Of a DNA stretch of 64,000 bases, positions 56,070-64,000 are shown one piece after another. The stretch is from contig CAVTEP010000001.1 in NCBI GenBank assembly GCA_963733915.1, positions 671,710 through 735,709 on the forward strand, given 5' to 3'. This stretch comes from Candidatus Sulfomarinibacteraceae bacterium. Its GTDB lineage: Bacteria; Acidobacteriota; Thermoanaerobaculia; Thermoanaerobaculales; Sulfomarinibacteraceae. Below the pieces are notes generated by a model. That model saw nothing but the letters and a program-made list of their open reading frames with translations, did no database searches and was not told the origin of the DNA. How positions within the stretch are numbered: position 1 is the stretch's first letter; every line of letters begins with the position of its first letter. The position numbers and the translations under genes are program-made.

Positions 56070-56185
56070 CAATTAGGAATTAGGAATGAGGAATTAGGAA
56101 TGCCGCCCACCTCCCCTGGTTATCAACCGAGAGAGGGAGGTTGGAGGGGAATTCCTAATTCCTAATTCCTAATTCCTAAATTCTC
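56070..56185. repeat. E21: STR-armed GC-clamped hairpin, GAATTAGG-type arms; best-paired example
   Basis: Left arm caattaggaattaggaatgaggaattaggaatg (56070-56102). ccgcccacctcccc (56103-56116). Loop tggttatcaaccgagaga. gggaggttggagggg (56135-56149). Right arm aattcctaattcctaattcctaattcctaaattctc (56150-56185). The reverse complement of the left arm matches the right arm with 2-3 mismatches by eye. Confidence 0.9.
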
Positions 56186-56188
56186 GAT

Positions 56189-57403
56189 TTATTCGTGCCG
56201 GAGTGCGTCGATCGGATCGAGAGCTGCGGCCTTGGCGGCCGGATAGGTGCCGAAGAAGATTCCGACCAGCGCGGCGAAACCGAAACCGAGCGCGACCGCC
56301 CACAGGGGCACGTGGGCCGGCGGGAAGCCCGGGATCGCCTTGGCGCCGAGGATCCCGAGGCCCCAGCCGGCGAGGACTCCGAGCAGCCCGCCGAAGAGTG
56401 AAATCGTCACCGCCTCGATGAGGAATTGCACGAGGATGTCGGATCTTCGGGCGCCAACGGCCTTTCGGACCCCGATTTCGCGGGTCCGCTCGGTCACCGA
56501 TACCAGCATGATATTCATGATGCCGATACCGCCGACAAGCAGGGCGATGCTGACGACCCCGCCGACCACGCTGGTCAGGGTGCCGAGGATGGAGCCGGTG
56601 GTCGAGAGAATCTCCTCCTGCAGGATGACCCGGAAGTCGTCGCGCTTGCCTTCAGGGATTCGGTGTCTGACCCGCAAAACCTCGGTGATCTGGTCCTTTG
56701 CGAGATCGACCTGCTCGACGCTCTTGGCCTGGAAGTCGAGAATCAGCCTCTTGAACGACTCGATTCCGTAGAGATCGCGGGCGGTCGTGATCGGGATCAT
56801 GATGAGATCGTCCCGGCTCTGACCGAAAATCTCGCCCTTCTCCTCCATGACCCCGACTACCGTGAAGCTCGACTGACCGATGATCAGCTCGGTGCCGAGC
56901 GGCTCGTCACCAAGCTCGAGCTCGGTGACGATGTCACGGCCGATGATGCAGACCCGGGTACGCCGGTCGAGGTCGAGGGGAGAAAAAAACCGCCCGCGGT
57001 CGACCCAGTGGTTGTTGACCTCCTGGTGCCATGAGCCGACCCCGAGGAGGGTCGTCGAGTGGTTGCGGTCACGGTATTTCAGCCGTTCGCCGCGGAAGAA
57101 GATCGGGTTGAAGTACTCGATGGCCGTCGCCGCCTCGACGACGGCGAGGCCGTCGTCGTAGCTGAGGCTGATCTCTCGGCCGGCAAGGTCGGGGTCGTTG
57201 GGGTCCTCGCGCCACTGGACCCGGATGTAGGTGGCGCCGACGCCCTCGAGCTGGGTGGCGATCACGTAATCGAGCCCCTGCACGATCGACACCACCGCGA
57301 TCACCGCGCCGACGCCGATGATGATGCCGAGCATCGTCAGCAGCGATCGCATCTTGTTCGCGCGGATGGCCTGGAGGGCGATCAGGAGGTTGTCCCAGAT
57401 CAC
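56189..57403 (-). CDS. macB: ABC transporter permease, MacB/FtsX family
   Basis: [39 protein letters not shown], a large periplasmic domain, and C-terminal FtsX TM segments ([19 protein letters not shown]). Confidence 0.85.
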   Translation of the reverse strand: MIWDNLLIALQAIRANKMRSLLTMLGIIIGVGAVIAVVSIVQGLDYVIATQLEGVGATYIRVQWREDPNDPDLAGREISLSYDDGLAVVEAATAIEYFNPIFFRGERLKYRDRNHSTTLLGVGSWHQEVNNHWVDRGRFFSPLDLDRRTRVCIIGRDIVTELELGDEPLGTELIIGQSSFTVVGVMEEKGEIFGQSRDDLIMIPITTARDLYGIESFKRLILDFQAKSVEQVDLAKDQITEVLRVRHRIPEGKRDDFRVILQEEILSTTGSILGTLTSVVGGVVSIALLVGGIGIMNIMLVSVTERTREIGVRKAVGARRSDILVQFLIEAVTISLFGGLLGVLAGWGLGILGAKAIPGFPPAHVPLWAVALGFGFAALVGIFFGTYPAAKAAALDPIDALRHE

Positions 57404-58101
57404 GATGATGCTCCGGTGGCGGATGTCCTCTCGTCGACCACGATCTTGCCGTCGAGCAGACGGACGACCCGCCTCGCGTGGGCCGCGATGTCCTCCTCGT
57501 GGGTCACCACGACGAGGGTGTTGCCGGCGGCGTTGAGCTCGTTGAAGAGCTCCATGATTTCTTGCGAGGTCTTCGAATCGAGGTTTCCGGTGGGTTCGTC
57601 GGCGAGCAGGATCGAGGGGTTGTTGACGAGGGCGCGGGCCACCGCCACCCGCTGGCGTTGACCGCCCGAAAGCTCATTGGGCTGGTGCTTTGCGCGGTCG
57701 CCCAGACCCACCTTGTCCAGCGCCTCGCGCGCCCGCCGGTGGCGTTCCCTGGCCGGGACGCGCCCGTAAATGAGGGGCAGCTCGACGTTTGCCAGCGCGG
57801 TCGCGCGGGACAGAAGGTTGAAGGTCTGGAAGACAAAGCCGATTTCGTGATTCCGAATGTCGGCAAGCTCGGCATCGTCGAGTTCCGACACCTGCTGGCC
57901 GTTGAGCACATACTCGCCGGAGGTCGGCGTATCGAGACAGCCGATCAGGTTCATGAGCGTCGATTTGCCCGAGCCGGAGGGACCCATGATCGCGAGGTAC
58001 TCACCGGCCTCGACCTCGAGATTGACTCCGTCGAGTGCGCGCACTTCGACCAGACCCATGTGGTAGATCTTGCGCAGGTCTTTGATCGTGATCAGCATCA
58101 C
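57400..58101 (-). CDS. ABC transporter ATP-binding protein (MacB/LolD-type)
   Basis: Walker [10 protein letters not shown], signature [15 protein letters not shown], Walker [13 protein letters not shown]. 4-nt overlaps with both neighbours. Confidence 0.92.
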   Translation of the reverse strand: MMLITIKDLRKIYHMGLVEVRALDGVNLEVEAGEYLAIMGPSGSGKSTLMNLIGCLDTPTSGEYVLNGQQVSELDDAELADIRNHEIGFVFQTFNLLSRATALANVELPLIYGRVPARERHRRAREALDKVGLGDRAKHQPNELSGGQRQRVAVARALVNNPSILLADEPTGNLDSKTSQEIMELFNELNAAGNTLVVVTHEEDIAAHARRVVRLLDGKIVVDERTSATGASS

Positions 58102-59357
58102 TCGTCGGCCGCTTCGTCGTTGTCGTCCTCCTCCTCGTCGTCCTCGTCGCTGCTTTTTGCCTCCTTTTCGTGGACCGCATCTCCGGCTTGCAGTTTCTTG
58201 AGGGTCCGGTAGGGTCCGATGACCACTTCGTCACCCACCTCGAGACCCTCGCTGATCTGCACGAAGAGCTCGTCCGAGATGCCGGTCACGACCTTGCGAG
58301 GCTGCGCCTTTGCGTCGTCGATCATGTAGACGACATCGACGTCGTCGCGGCCCTTGGCCGCGCTGCCTTGGACCTCGTCGCCGTCATCGTCGAAGCGACG
58401 CTTGACAACCGCCTGGATCGGAACCGTGAGCGCGTCCTCGCTGGTGGCGGTGAGGATGGCGACCTTTGCGGTCATGGCAGGACGCAGGGCCGGGCTCGGG
58501 TCGTCGATCTCGACCTTGACCGCGAAGCGAATCGTTCCCTGGCTCGGGTCCTTGCGGCCCGAGGTCGCGATCTCGACGACGCGGCCTTTTTCGGGTTCGG
58601 ACCCGAGGGCGTCGACGCTGATCTCGGCCGCCTGACCGAGGGCGACGCTGACGACATCGACCTCGCTCACCTCGACCTCGGCGAGGAGAACCGACATGTC
58701 AGCCACCGTCATGATGACCGAACCCGGGAGGTTGGTGGAGCCCGGAACCACGGTTTCACCCTGCTCGGCGTTGAGCTGGATGATCGTGCCGTCCATTGGC
58801 GACCTGATGGTCGTGCGGGCGAGGTCGTCGTCGGCGCGGGCGAGGGCCGACCGGTACTGGTCGACGGTATGCTGCTGGGCCTCGAGCTCGACCACCGCAG
58901 TGTCGACCGCGAGCTGGGCCGCGTCGAGCGCCTCTTGGCTGACGAGCCCGTCGGAAATGAGCTGTCGTGTCCGGGTCAAATTGCGTTCGGCGTCAACCAG
59001 GTTGATCTCCTGGCGTCGCGCTGAGACCTCCGCCTGCCGGAGGGCGGCCCGCGCCTGGTTGCGGACCGCCACATAAAGATCGCGCTCGATTTCGAGCAGG
59101 AGCTGGCCGGCCCGGACCTCCTGTCCTTCGACCACCGGAAGATCAATGATTTCGCCGACGACTTTTGCCGAGATTTCGACCCGCTTTTCGGGGGTGATTT
59201 CGCCGGTCGCCTTGACTCGAGACGAGATGGTCCGGTGCTCGGCTGCCTGCAGCTCGACCTCGGTGCCACGTGGAGCCGCCTCGCGAAGGCTGGCCCAGAT
59301 GACCAGAGCAAGCACCAGGAGCACACCGATCACTATCAGGGTTTTCTTCATTTTCAC
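58098..59357 (-). CDS. macA: Efflux periplasmic adaptor (HlyD/MacA family) with acidic C-terminal tail
   Basis: N-terminal TM, a coiled-coil hairpin, beta-barrel motifs and a tail [18 protein letters not shown]. Confidence 0.82.
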   Translation of the reverse strand: MKMKKTLIVIGVLLVLALVIWASLREAAPRGTEVELQAAEHRTISSRVKATGEITPEKRVEISAKVVGEIIDLPVVEGQEVRAGQLLLEIERDLYVAVRNQARAALRQAEVSARRQEINLVDAERNLTRTRQLISDGLVSQEALDAAQLAVDTAVVELEAQQHTVDQYRSALARADDDLARTTIRSPMDGTIIQLNAEQGETVVPGSTNLPGSVIMTVADMSVLLAEVEVSEVDVVSVALGQAAEISVDALGSEPEKGRVVEIATSGRKDPSQGTIRFAVKVEIDDPSPALRPAMTAKVAILTATSEDALTVPIQAVVKRRFDDDGDEVQGSAAKGRDDVDVVYMIDDAKAQPRKVVTGISDELFVQISEGLEVGDEVVIGPYRTLKKLQAGDAVHEKEAKSSDEDDEEEDDNDEAADE

Positions 59358-59415
59358 CTTCTGTCTCTCGAGGCCGAAGCCTCCCCGTCCTGGTCGTCGC
59401 GTCGCTGAATCGTGG

Positions 59416-60183
59416 CTACGAGAAAACGGCCGTCAGGCCGGCCTTGGCGACCACCCACACAATCCACGGCACCAGGACCACCGCCGCTGCCTTGCCGCGG
59501 GAGAGCTTGCCGACGGCCGCGAATCCGATGATCAGGAGGATGACGGCCCAGATGTTGAAAACGCTGAGGGTGCCGGCGGCGGCCGACAGCCAGGCCGGCG
59601 CATCGGACGATAGAAATGCGCCGAGGTTTGCCTTGACGACGTGGGCAAGATCGTCCTGTGGCACCTTCCCGACCCTCTGCACCAGAACGGCCGTCAACGC
59701 CAGCTGGACGAGGGTTGGCGGCCAGTAACCGTGGAGGGTTGTCGACATCGCTCGCGGATAGTCGGCGTCCGAGCTCACCAGCTTGAGCATCAGAAAGAAC
59801 ACGGCGCCCATGATGACCCAGGCGATGGGCCCCACCACGAATGTGATGACCGGACCGAACTTGCTGAACTTCTCGGCCTGCTCGACCGCGTTTTCCATCT
59901 GGGCTTCGCTCAAATCTCGTCCTCTGGCCTCGAGACGGGCGCGGAGGGTGGCCTCGGTGTCGACATGGGGCATGATCACGACTTGCGCAGCGACCATCAA
60001 GATCACCATCACAGCCATGACGAGAAGCCAGGTCGGTTTGACCCCGATGTCCGAAAAAACCTCCCCGGGCGAGGTGAACATCATCCACAACCGCTGGACC
60101 GCCGAGTACTTCGGTTGCAGTGACGGCGTCGGCGGTTGCGCCAACTCGGGTTCGTATGACGGACGATCCGTGGCCTCATCCAT
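59416..60183 (-). CDS. Yip1-domain membrane protein
   Basis: 255 aa with 5 TM segments. The N-terminal QRLWMMFTSPGEVFSDIGVKPTWLLVMAVMVIL pattern is typical of the Yip1/DUF1282 family. Confidence 0.6.
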   Translation of the reverse strand: MDEATDRPSYEPELAQPPTPSLQPKYSAVQRLWMMFTSPGEVFSDIGVKPTWLLVMAVMVILMVAAQVVIMPHVDTEATLRARLEARGRDLSEAQMENAVEQAEKFSKFGPVITFVVGPIAWVIMGAVFFLMLKLVSSDADYPRAMSTTLHGYWPPTLVQLALTAVLVQRVGKVPQDDLAHVVKANLGAFLSSDAPAWLSAAAGTLSVFNIWAVILLIIGFAAVGKLSRGKAAAVVLVPWIVWVVAKAGLTAVFS

Positions 60184-60230
60184 GGTTTACCCCCTCGTTC
60201 GTATTTGTACTTCGCTGCGGGGATTATATT

Positions 60231-60279
60231 CCGGAAATCCGCATCCGAATCCGGAATCGGATTCGGATACGGATTTCGG
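60231..60279. repeat. E22: near-perfect hairpin of AAATCCG/CCGAATC-type units in a divergent promoter gap
   Basis: ccggaaatccgcatccgaatccg (60231-60253), loop gaat, cggattcggatacggatttcgg (60258-60279). One mismatch by eye. Confidence 0.85.
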
Positions 60280-60301
60280 GATTTGCTACCCTGCATCCCG
60301 C

Positions 60302-61768
60302 ATGAACGAGGGGGGATTCTTTTCGCGCATCGTCGCGGGCATCCTGGTGGTGGTCGCGGGAAGTGGTCTTGCGCCTGCCGGAGACGACGAGTCGGTTGCG
60401 GAGCTGGTCACCAGGGTGGGTCGGGCGCGGTGGACTCACGACAACTCGGTGAGGTTGTTGGTCAACCCGGTCGAGGCGTGGCAGGCGCGGGTCGAGCTGG
60501 CGAACAACGCCCGCCATCACATCCTGATCTCGTTGTTCTCGTGGCACAACGACGAGTATGGCAAGGATTACCGCCGCATTCTGATCGGCGCCCTCGAGCG
60601 ACAAAAGGCCGCGGGCGGAGATCTCACGCTCAGGGTGTTGGCGGACGCTTCGGCGTTGTTCCAGTTCAGTAGGGCATTTTCGACGCTGGAGCGACAGGGC
60701 GCGAAGGTGCGTGGATTCAACCGCAGCTCGTGGGGTCTGACCCCCGTGTATGACGGGCGGATGCACGACAAGATGTTCATCGCCGACGGCCGATCCGCCA
60801 TCGTCAGCGGGCGCAATATCGCCGACGATTACTTCAACCCCAGGAGGTGGTGGCTGGATCTCGGCGTCAGGCTCGAGGGCCCTGCGGTCGACGACCTCCA
60901 GATGATCTTCCTCAAATCCTGGGAGTTCACCGAGTTCAACCGCAAGGCGGGCCGCTTTCTCATGCCGCAGGAGGAGCTCGTCAAGGAGCTCCGGGTATTC
61001 TGGCAGACCGGTCGTTTTCCGAACGGCAAGAGCCCGCTCGAGCGGTTCGTGACCCCTGAGTACTTCCCGGTCCGGACGGAGCCGGCCGGTACGATACCGG
61101 TGGCGATTCTCTACGACAACCCGTTTATCAGGCGGCGTGCGGCGACGACCGATCTGGTGATCGCGCTGGCCGGAAAGGCGAGCGATCGAATCGACATTAT
61201 GACGCCGTTCCCCAACTTCGACCCAACGCTCACCGATGCATTGGCCGCCGCGGCCGGCCGCGGCGTCGCGGTGCGGCTGTTCGTGAACGACCGTGAGGCG
61301 GCGATCCGCGCCGGCCCTTTCCTGCTTGCCGGCTACCCAACCCTGATACGCCTCATCGAGGCGGGGGCGGAGGTCTGGGCGTGGCGTGCCAACGACGCCT
61401 CGCTGCGACAGATGGAGGAGGGCGGTTGCGCGCCGGAAATCATGCCGCCGATCGCCATCCACGGCAAGATGGTGCTGGTGGACGACGATCTGTCGATCAT
61501 CCACTCGTCGAACTTCAACATCCGGTCGACCTACTACAACACCGAGGCCGGGGTGGCGGTCCTCGACCGCGAATTGAACCGGGAGTTGACCGAGCTGCTT
61601 GCCGGTCTGATCGAATTTCGTGACGGACCGAAGCAATGCGTTGGCGGTAGCGGTATCGAGGATATTCCGGACCTGATGCACCTTTTGGGGCCGGATGATC
61701 TGCCGCGGATGCGCGAAGAGCTGGGCGGTAAGCAGCCTTTCCTCGATGCCTGGGGCGTGACCTGGTGA
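60302..61768 (+). CDS. Phospholipase D family protein (two HKD motifs; cardiolipin synthase-like), secreted or anchored
   Basis: This is the 3' part of ORF 59783..61768; the ATG at 60302 gives MNEGGFFSRIVAGILVVVAGSGLA. HKD1: MHDKMFIADGRSAIVSGRNI. HKD2: IHGKMVLVDDDLSIIHSSNFNIRS. Confidence 0.82.
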   Translation: MNEGGFFSRIVAGILVVVAGSGLAPAGDDESVAELVTRVGRARWTHDNSVRLLVNPVEAWQARVELANNARHHILISLFSWHNDEYGKDYRRILIGALERQKAAGGDLTLRVLADASALFQFSRAFSTLERQGAKVRGFNRSSWGLTPVYDGRMHDKMFIADGRSAIVSGRNIADDYFNPRRWWLDLGVRLEGPAVDDLQMIFLKSWEFTEFNRKAGRFLMPQEELVKELRVFWQTGRFPNGKSPLERFVTPEYFPVRTEPAGTIPVAILYDNPFIRRRAATTDLVIALAGKASDRIDIMTPFPNFDPTLTDALAAAAGRGVAVRLFVNDREAAIRAGPFLLAGYPTLIRLIEAGAEVWAWRANDASLRQMEEGGCAPEIMPPIAIHGKMVLVDDDLSIIHSSNFNIRSTYYNTEAGVAVLDRELNRELTELLAGLIEFRDGPKQCVGGSGIEDIPDLMHLLGPDDLPRMREELGGKQPFLDAWGVTW

Positions 61769-62379
61769 TCGGCGGTTTTACCTGGCTGAAGGTCACGATC
61801 ATGGTGATGCTGATCATGGCGACCGTGACCGCGCGGGCTGATGACGGGATCGACCTCGATCGCTGGCACGACGAGCTGCGGGCTGCCATCGGCGAGGATC
61901 CGCAGGTAGACGAGGATCGCCGACCGTCCCTCGGGATTTACCCGAGCCTCGGTGTGGCGGCCGGGCCGCCGAACTGGGTGGCCGCCCAGGCCAACGCCTA
62001 CCTGTCGTTTTCCGACGGGCGGCGGTTCTCGCTTTATGCCGGCTATGGAGAGGAGTGGGGCCCGCAGGCCGACTCTCAAATCATCACCCTCGGGTGGGGA
62101 GGCGTGAGGCGGATCCCGGCCGCCTCGAAGCAGCTCGGGTTTCACGGCAAGTACCTCCGTTACCGGCGTTGGAACGAAGAAGACCACGGTGTCCACCACG
62201 GGCTTTCGTTCGGCACCGAGAGCGGGGTCGGGTGGGGAGGGCTGTCCTTCGAGGTAGGAGCGGCAAGGTCCGAGCAGAACCACTGGTTGATCACCCTCGA
62301 GATAGCCCTCAAGTTTGCCACACCGGTGCACATCCCTTTGAAGAAAATGCCAACCTCGCCAGCCGAACCCAATTCTTAG
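61765..62379 (+). CDS. Hypothetical secreted protein, possibly beta-rich or outer-membrane; translationally coupled to the PLD gene
   Basis: The GTG start overlaps the PLD stop (GTGA). Signal-like KVTIMVMLIMATVTARA. Gly/Trp-rich segments (ITLGWGGVRR, SGVGWGGLSFEVG). The stop TAG and the final residues PNS* lie in the left arm of E23. Confidence 0.5.
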   Translation: MIGGFTWLKVTIMVMLIMATVTARADDGIDLDRWHDELRAAIGEDPQVDEDRRPSLGIYPSLGVAAGPPNWVAAQANAYLSFSDGRRFSLYAGYGEEWGPQADSQIITLGWGGVRRIPAASKQLGFHGKYLRYRRWNEEDHGVHHGLSFGTESGVGWGGLSFEVGAARSEQNHWLITLEIALKFATPVHIPLKKMPTSPAEPNS

Positions 62380-62475
62380 TTCTCAGTTCTCAATTCTCAA
62401 TTCCCAACCACCTCCCCTATGTTTTTGTGGGAGGGTGGTGAATTAAAAATTAAGAATTGAAAATTGAGAATTCGG
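62371..62475. repeat. E23: STR-armed GC-clamped hairpin, CAATTCT-type arms
   Basis: Left arm aattcttagttctcagttctcaattctcaattc (62371-62403). ccaaccacctcccc. Loop tatgtttttgt. gggagggtggtg (62429-62440). Right arm aattaaaaattaagaattgaaaattgagaattcgg (62441-62475). Confidence 0.88.
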
Positions 62476-62512
62476 ACATCCATTCGCGCACCGAATTCTG
62501 TAGACTCACCCG

Positions 62513-62923
62513 GTGTTCCTCCGCCTCCTCCTGCTCTTCACCATCGTGCCGCTGGTGGAGCTCTTTCTTCTGGTCAAGCTGGGTTCGGTGATCGGGTTGG
62601 GCGCGACGATCCTGATCGTGATCTGTACCGGGGCCCTCGGGGCCTGGCTCGCGCGGCGCCAGGGGTTGGGAGTGCTCAAACGGATCAGCGAAGATTTTTC
62701 CGCCGGAAGGCTGCCGGCCGACGCGCTCGTCGACGGGCTGCTCATTCTCATCGCCGGAGCGGTGCTGCTGACGCCCGGCCTCATCACGGACGCGTTGGGT
62801 TTCCTGCTCCTGGTTCCCCGTGGACGGGCCGTGATTCGCAAAGCGGTCACGGAGCGGCTGGCGCGGCGCCTGGGCGACCGTCAACCGGCAGTCATCGACG
62901 CCCGCTGGCGGCGCGACGATTGA
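62513..62923 (+). CDS. fxsA: FxsA family membrane protein
   Basis: MFLRLLLLFTIVPLVELFLLVKLGSVIG...LLTPGLITDALGFLLLVPRGRAVIRK matches the FxsA pattern. Confidence 0.85.
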   Translation: MFLRLLLLFTIVPLVELFLLVKLGSVIGLGATILIVICTGALGAWLARRQGLGVLKRISEDFSAGRLPADALVDGLLILIAGAVLLTPGLITDALGFLLLVPRGRAVIRKAVTERLARRLGDRQPAVIDARWRRDD

Positions 62924-62967
62924 CCGGGCTTTGAGCCGACCGAGTCGAGGTACAATCGACGGCCAGG

Positions 62968-63972
62968 ATGAGAGACAAGGACTTGAATATCGAGGCCTAC
63001 GAGGTCATGGCTGAGATGCTTGTCACTGTCCGCAGAATCGTCCATCGCGGCCTCGAGAAGGCAACCGGGAAGACCTGGTACCTCGACGGTTGCCCGACCG
63101 GTGTCTACGAGCGGCTCGTCGATCGCAAGGAAAACGAGGTCGCCGTCGACCGATTCGACCGCGAGTACCAGGAGCTCATCAGCTTTGCGTCCCTCGACGA
63201 TCTGGCCGAGATCATCGAGTTCAACACGGATCTCGCGCAACTCCTCGAAGCCATCGCCCCCGAAGGTTCGACAGTGGCCGAACGGTTGCGCGAAATCGAG
63301 AGCCTTCGGCTCAAGCTCGCGGCAACGGTTCCGCTCGATGAAAGCGACGTCGAGAAACTGCTCTCGTTCCACGCCGACTTTCGTGAGTCACTGACCCGGA
63401 AGAAGAAGCCTGCAACCCCGCCAACCGGGGCCGCTCCTTCCGAAGCCGCCGAAGTCGGAGCCGGAGTGGAGGGGCCGAAGGCCGTTGAATTCGGGACCCG
63501 CGCCACCGACATCGAAGAGCTGGCGGCGGAGGACATCGTGACCGAGGTGGCGTCGGAGAAACCGGTAGCGGCGGTTGCTGACGCGACCCCTGCCGCAACC
63601 GACGAGCGGGTGGTCGGAGCGATGCCGGAGCTTGCCGTCGAGGCGGAACGGGCAATGGCGATCGAAGACGACCACGAGGTGTTGCAGATCCTTCGGCGAG
63701 AGGTCATGTCTCTGGCGGAAGACATGTTCAGGGCCAAGACCGATCGCGACCGCCCGGTTTGGCAGACCCTGCGCTCGAGCGGGTGGTACGACATCAAGAA
63801 GAGCGCTCTCGGGATCGAGGCGATCGAGAGATTCTATGCGGTGGCCGATCAGGCCAGGGAAAAGGCCGCCGCCGGCGGCGATGCCCAGGCCATCAGGGCG
63901 ATTCTCGACGAGGCCGGGTTCTCGAAGCTGCTGCTGTCGCTGCGCGAGATGTTTATGAAGCACGAGCTTTAG
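62968..63972 (+). CDS. Hypothetical protein; the N-terminal ~110 aa resemble a Swt1-like HEPN domain (tentative), followed by an acidic/Ala-rich linker and a helical C-terminal domain
   Basis: VRRIVHRGLEKATGKTWYLDGCPTGVYERLVDRKENE...LISFASLDDLAEIIEFN resembles the HEPN_Swt1 pattern (from memory, unverified). Confidence 0.45.
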   Translation: MRDKDLNIEAYEVMAEMLVTVRRIVHRGLEKATGKTWYLDGCPTGVYERLVDRKENEVAVDRFDREYQELISFASLDDLAEIIEFNTDLAQLLEAIAPEGSTVAERLREIESLRLKLAATVPLDESDVEKLLSFHADFRESLTRKKKPATPPTGAAPSEAAEVGAGVEGPKAVEFGTRATDIEELAAEDIVTEVASEKPVAAVADATPAATDERVVGAMPELAVEAERAMAIEDDHEVLQILRREVMSLAEDMFRAKTDRDRPVWQTLRSSGWYDIKKSALGIEAIERFYAVADQAREKAAAGGDAQAIRAILDEAGFSKLLLSLREMFMKHEL

Positions 63973-64000
63973 TTCAATTTCGGATTTCGAATTTCGGATT
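63970..64000. repeat. E24: start of another element (TTTCGGA/AAATCCG-type arm), truncated by the window end
   Basis: tagttcaatttcggatttcgaatttcggatt. It begins at the stop codon of the last gene and is the reverse complement of the AAATCCG unit used in E13 and E15. Confidence 0.6.

Overview
High-GC bacterial chromosomal segment with about 51 protein-coding genes. Gene content (ACIII, DUF4388, MMPL/HpnN-like transporter, Trp-rich repeat protein) hints at an Acidobacteriota- or Myxococcota-like lineage, but that is inference only. Most genes are housekeeping or envelope functions: sigma-70 3' end, hpt, pgsA, MMPL transporter, Lon-like protease, M23 peptidase, secA, guaB, gmd, formiminotransferase-cyclodeaminase, OmpA-family lipoprotein, OPT transporter, pcm, purF-like, cysQ-like, glgA, ltaE, a complete alternative complex III operon actABCDEF, MacAB-type efflux genes, a PLD-family enzyme and fxsA. 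I recognised no rRNA, tRNA, CRISPR array, transposase, integrase or canonical defence operon. The most unusual signal is non-coding. Almost every inter-operon gap (24 loci, about 3.3 kb or 5 percent of the window) carries a structured repeat. Each has AT-rich arms made of tandem 7-8 bp units (AACGTTNN, GAATTAG, GAATTCT/CAATTCT, GAGTTTT, AAATCCG, GGAGAAAA, CRCAAAG) arranged as inverted repeats. The arms flank a C-rich/G-rich clamp (CCACCC ... GGGTGG). Four loci are 360-410 bp nested composites that share a conserved GC-rich inner module of about 130-165 nt. Several elements overlap stop codons and encode the last residues of flanking genes. I do not recognise this architecture as a described repeat family. 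Other points: an unusual YqeB/TIGR03309-like domain fused to a patatin phospholipase; four +1 reading-frame breaks in otherwise intact genes (Lon-like twice, sulfatase-like, actE), probably single-base insertions or sequencing errors; and several conserved-unknown operons (TPR protein plus two DUF4097 proteins; lipoprotein plus TAT-DUF362; PLD plus a coupled unknown).
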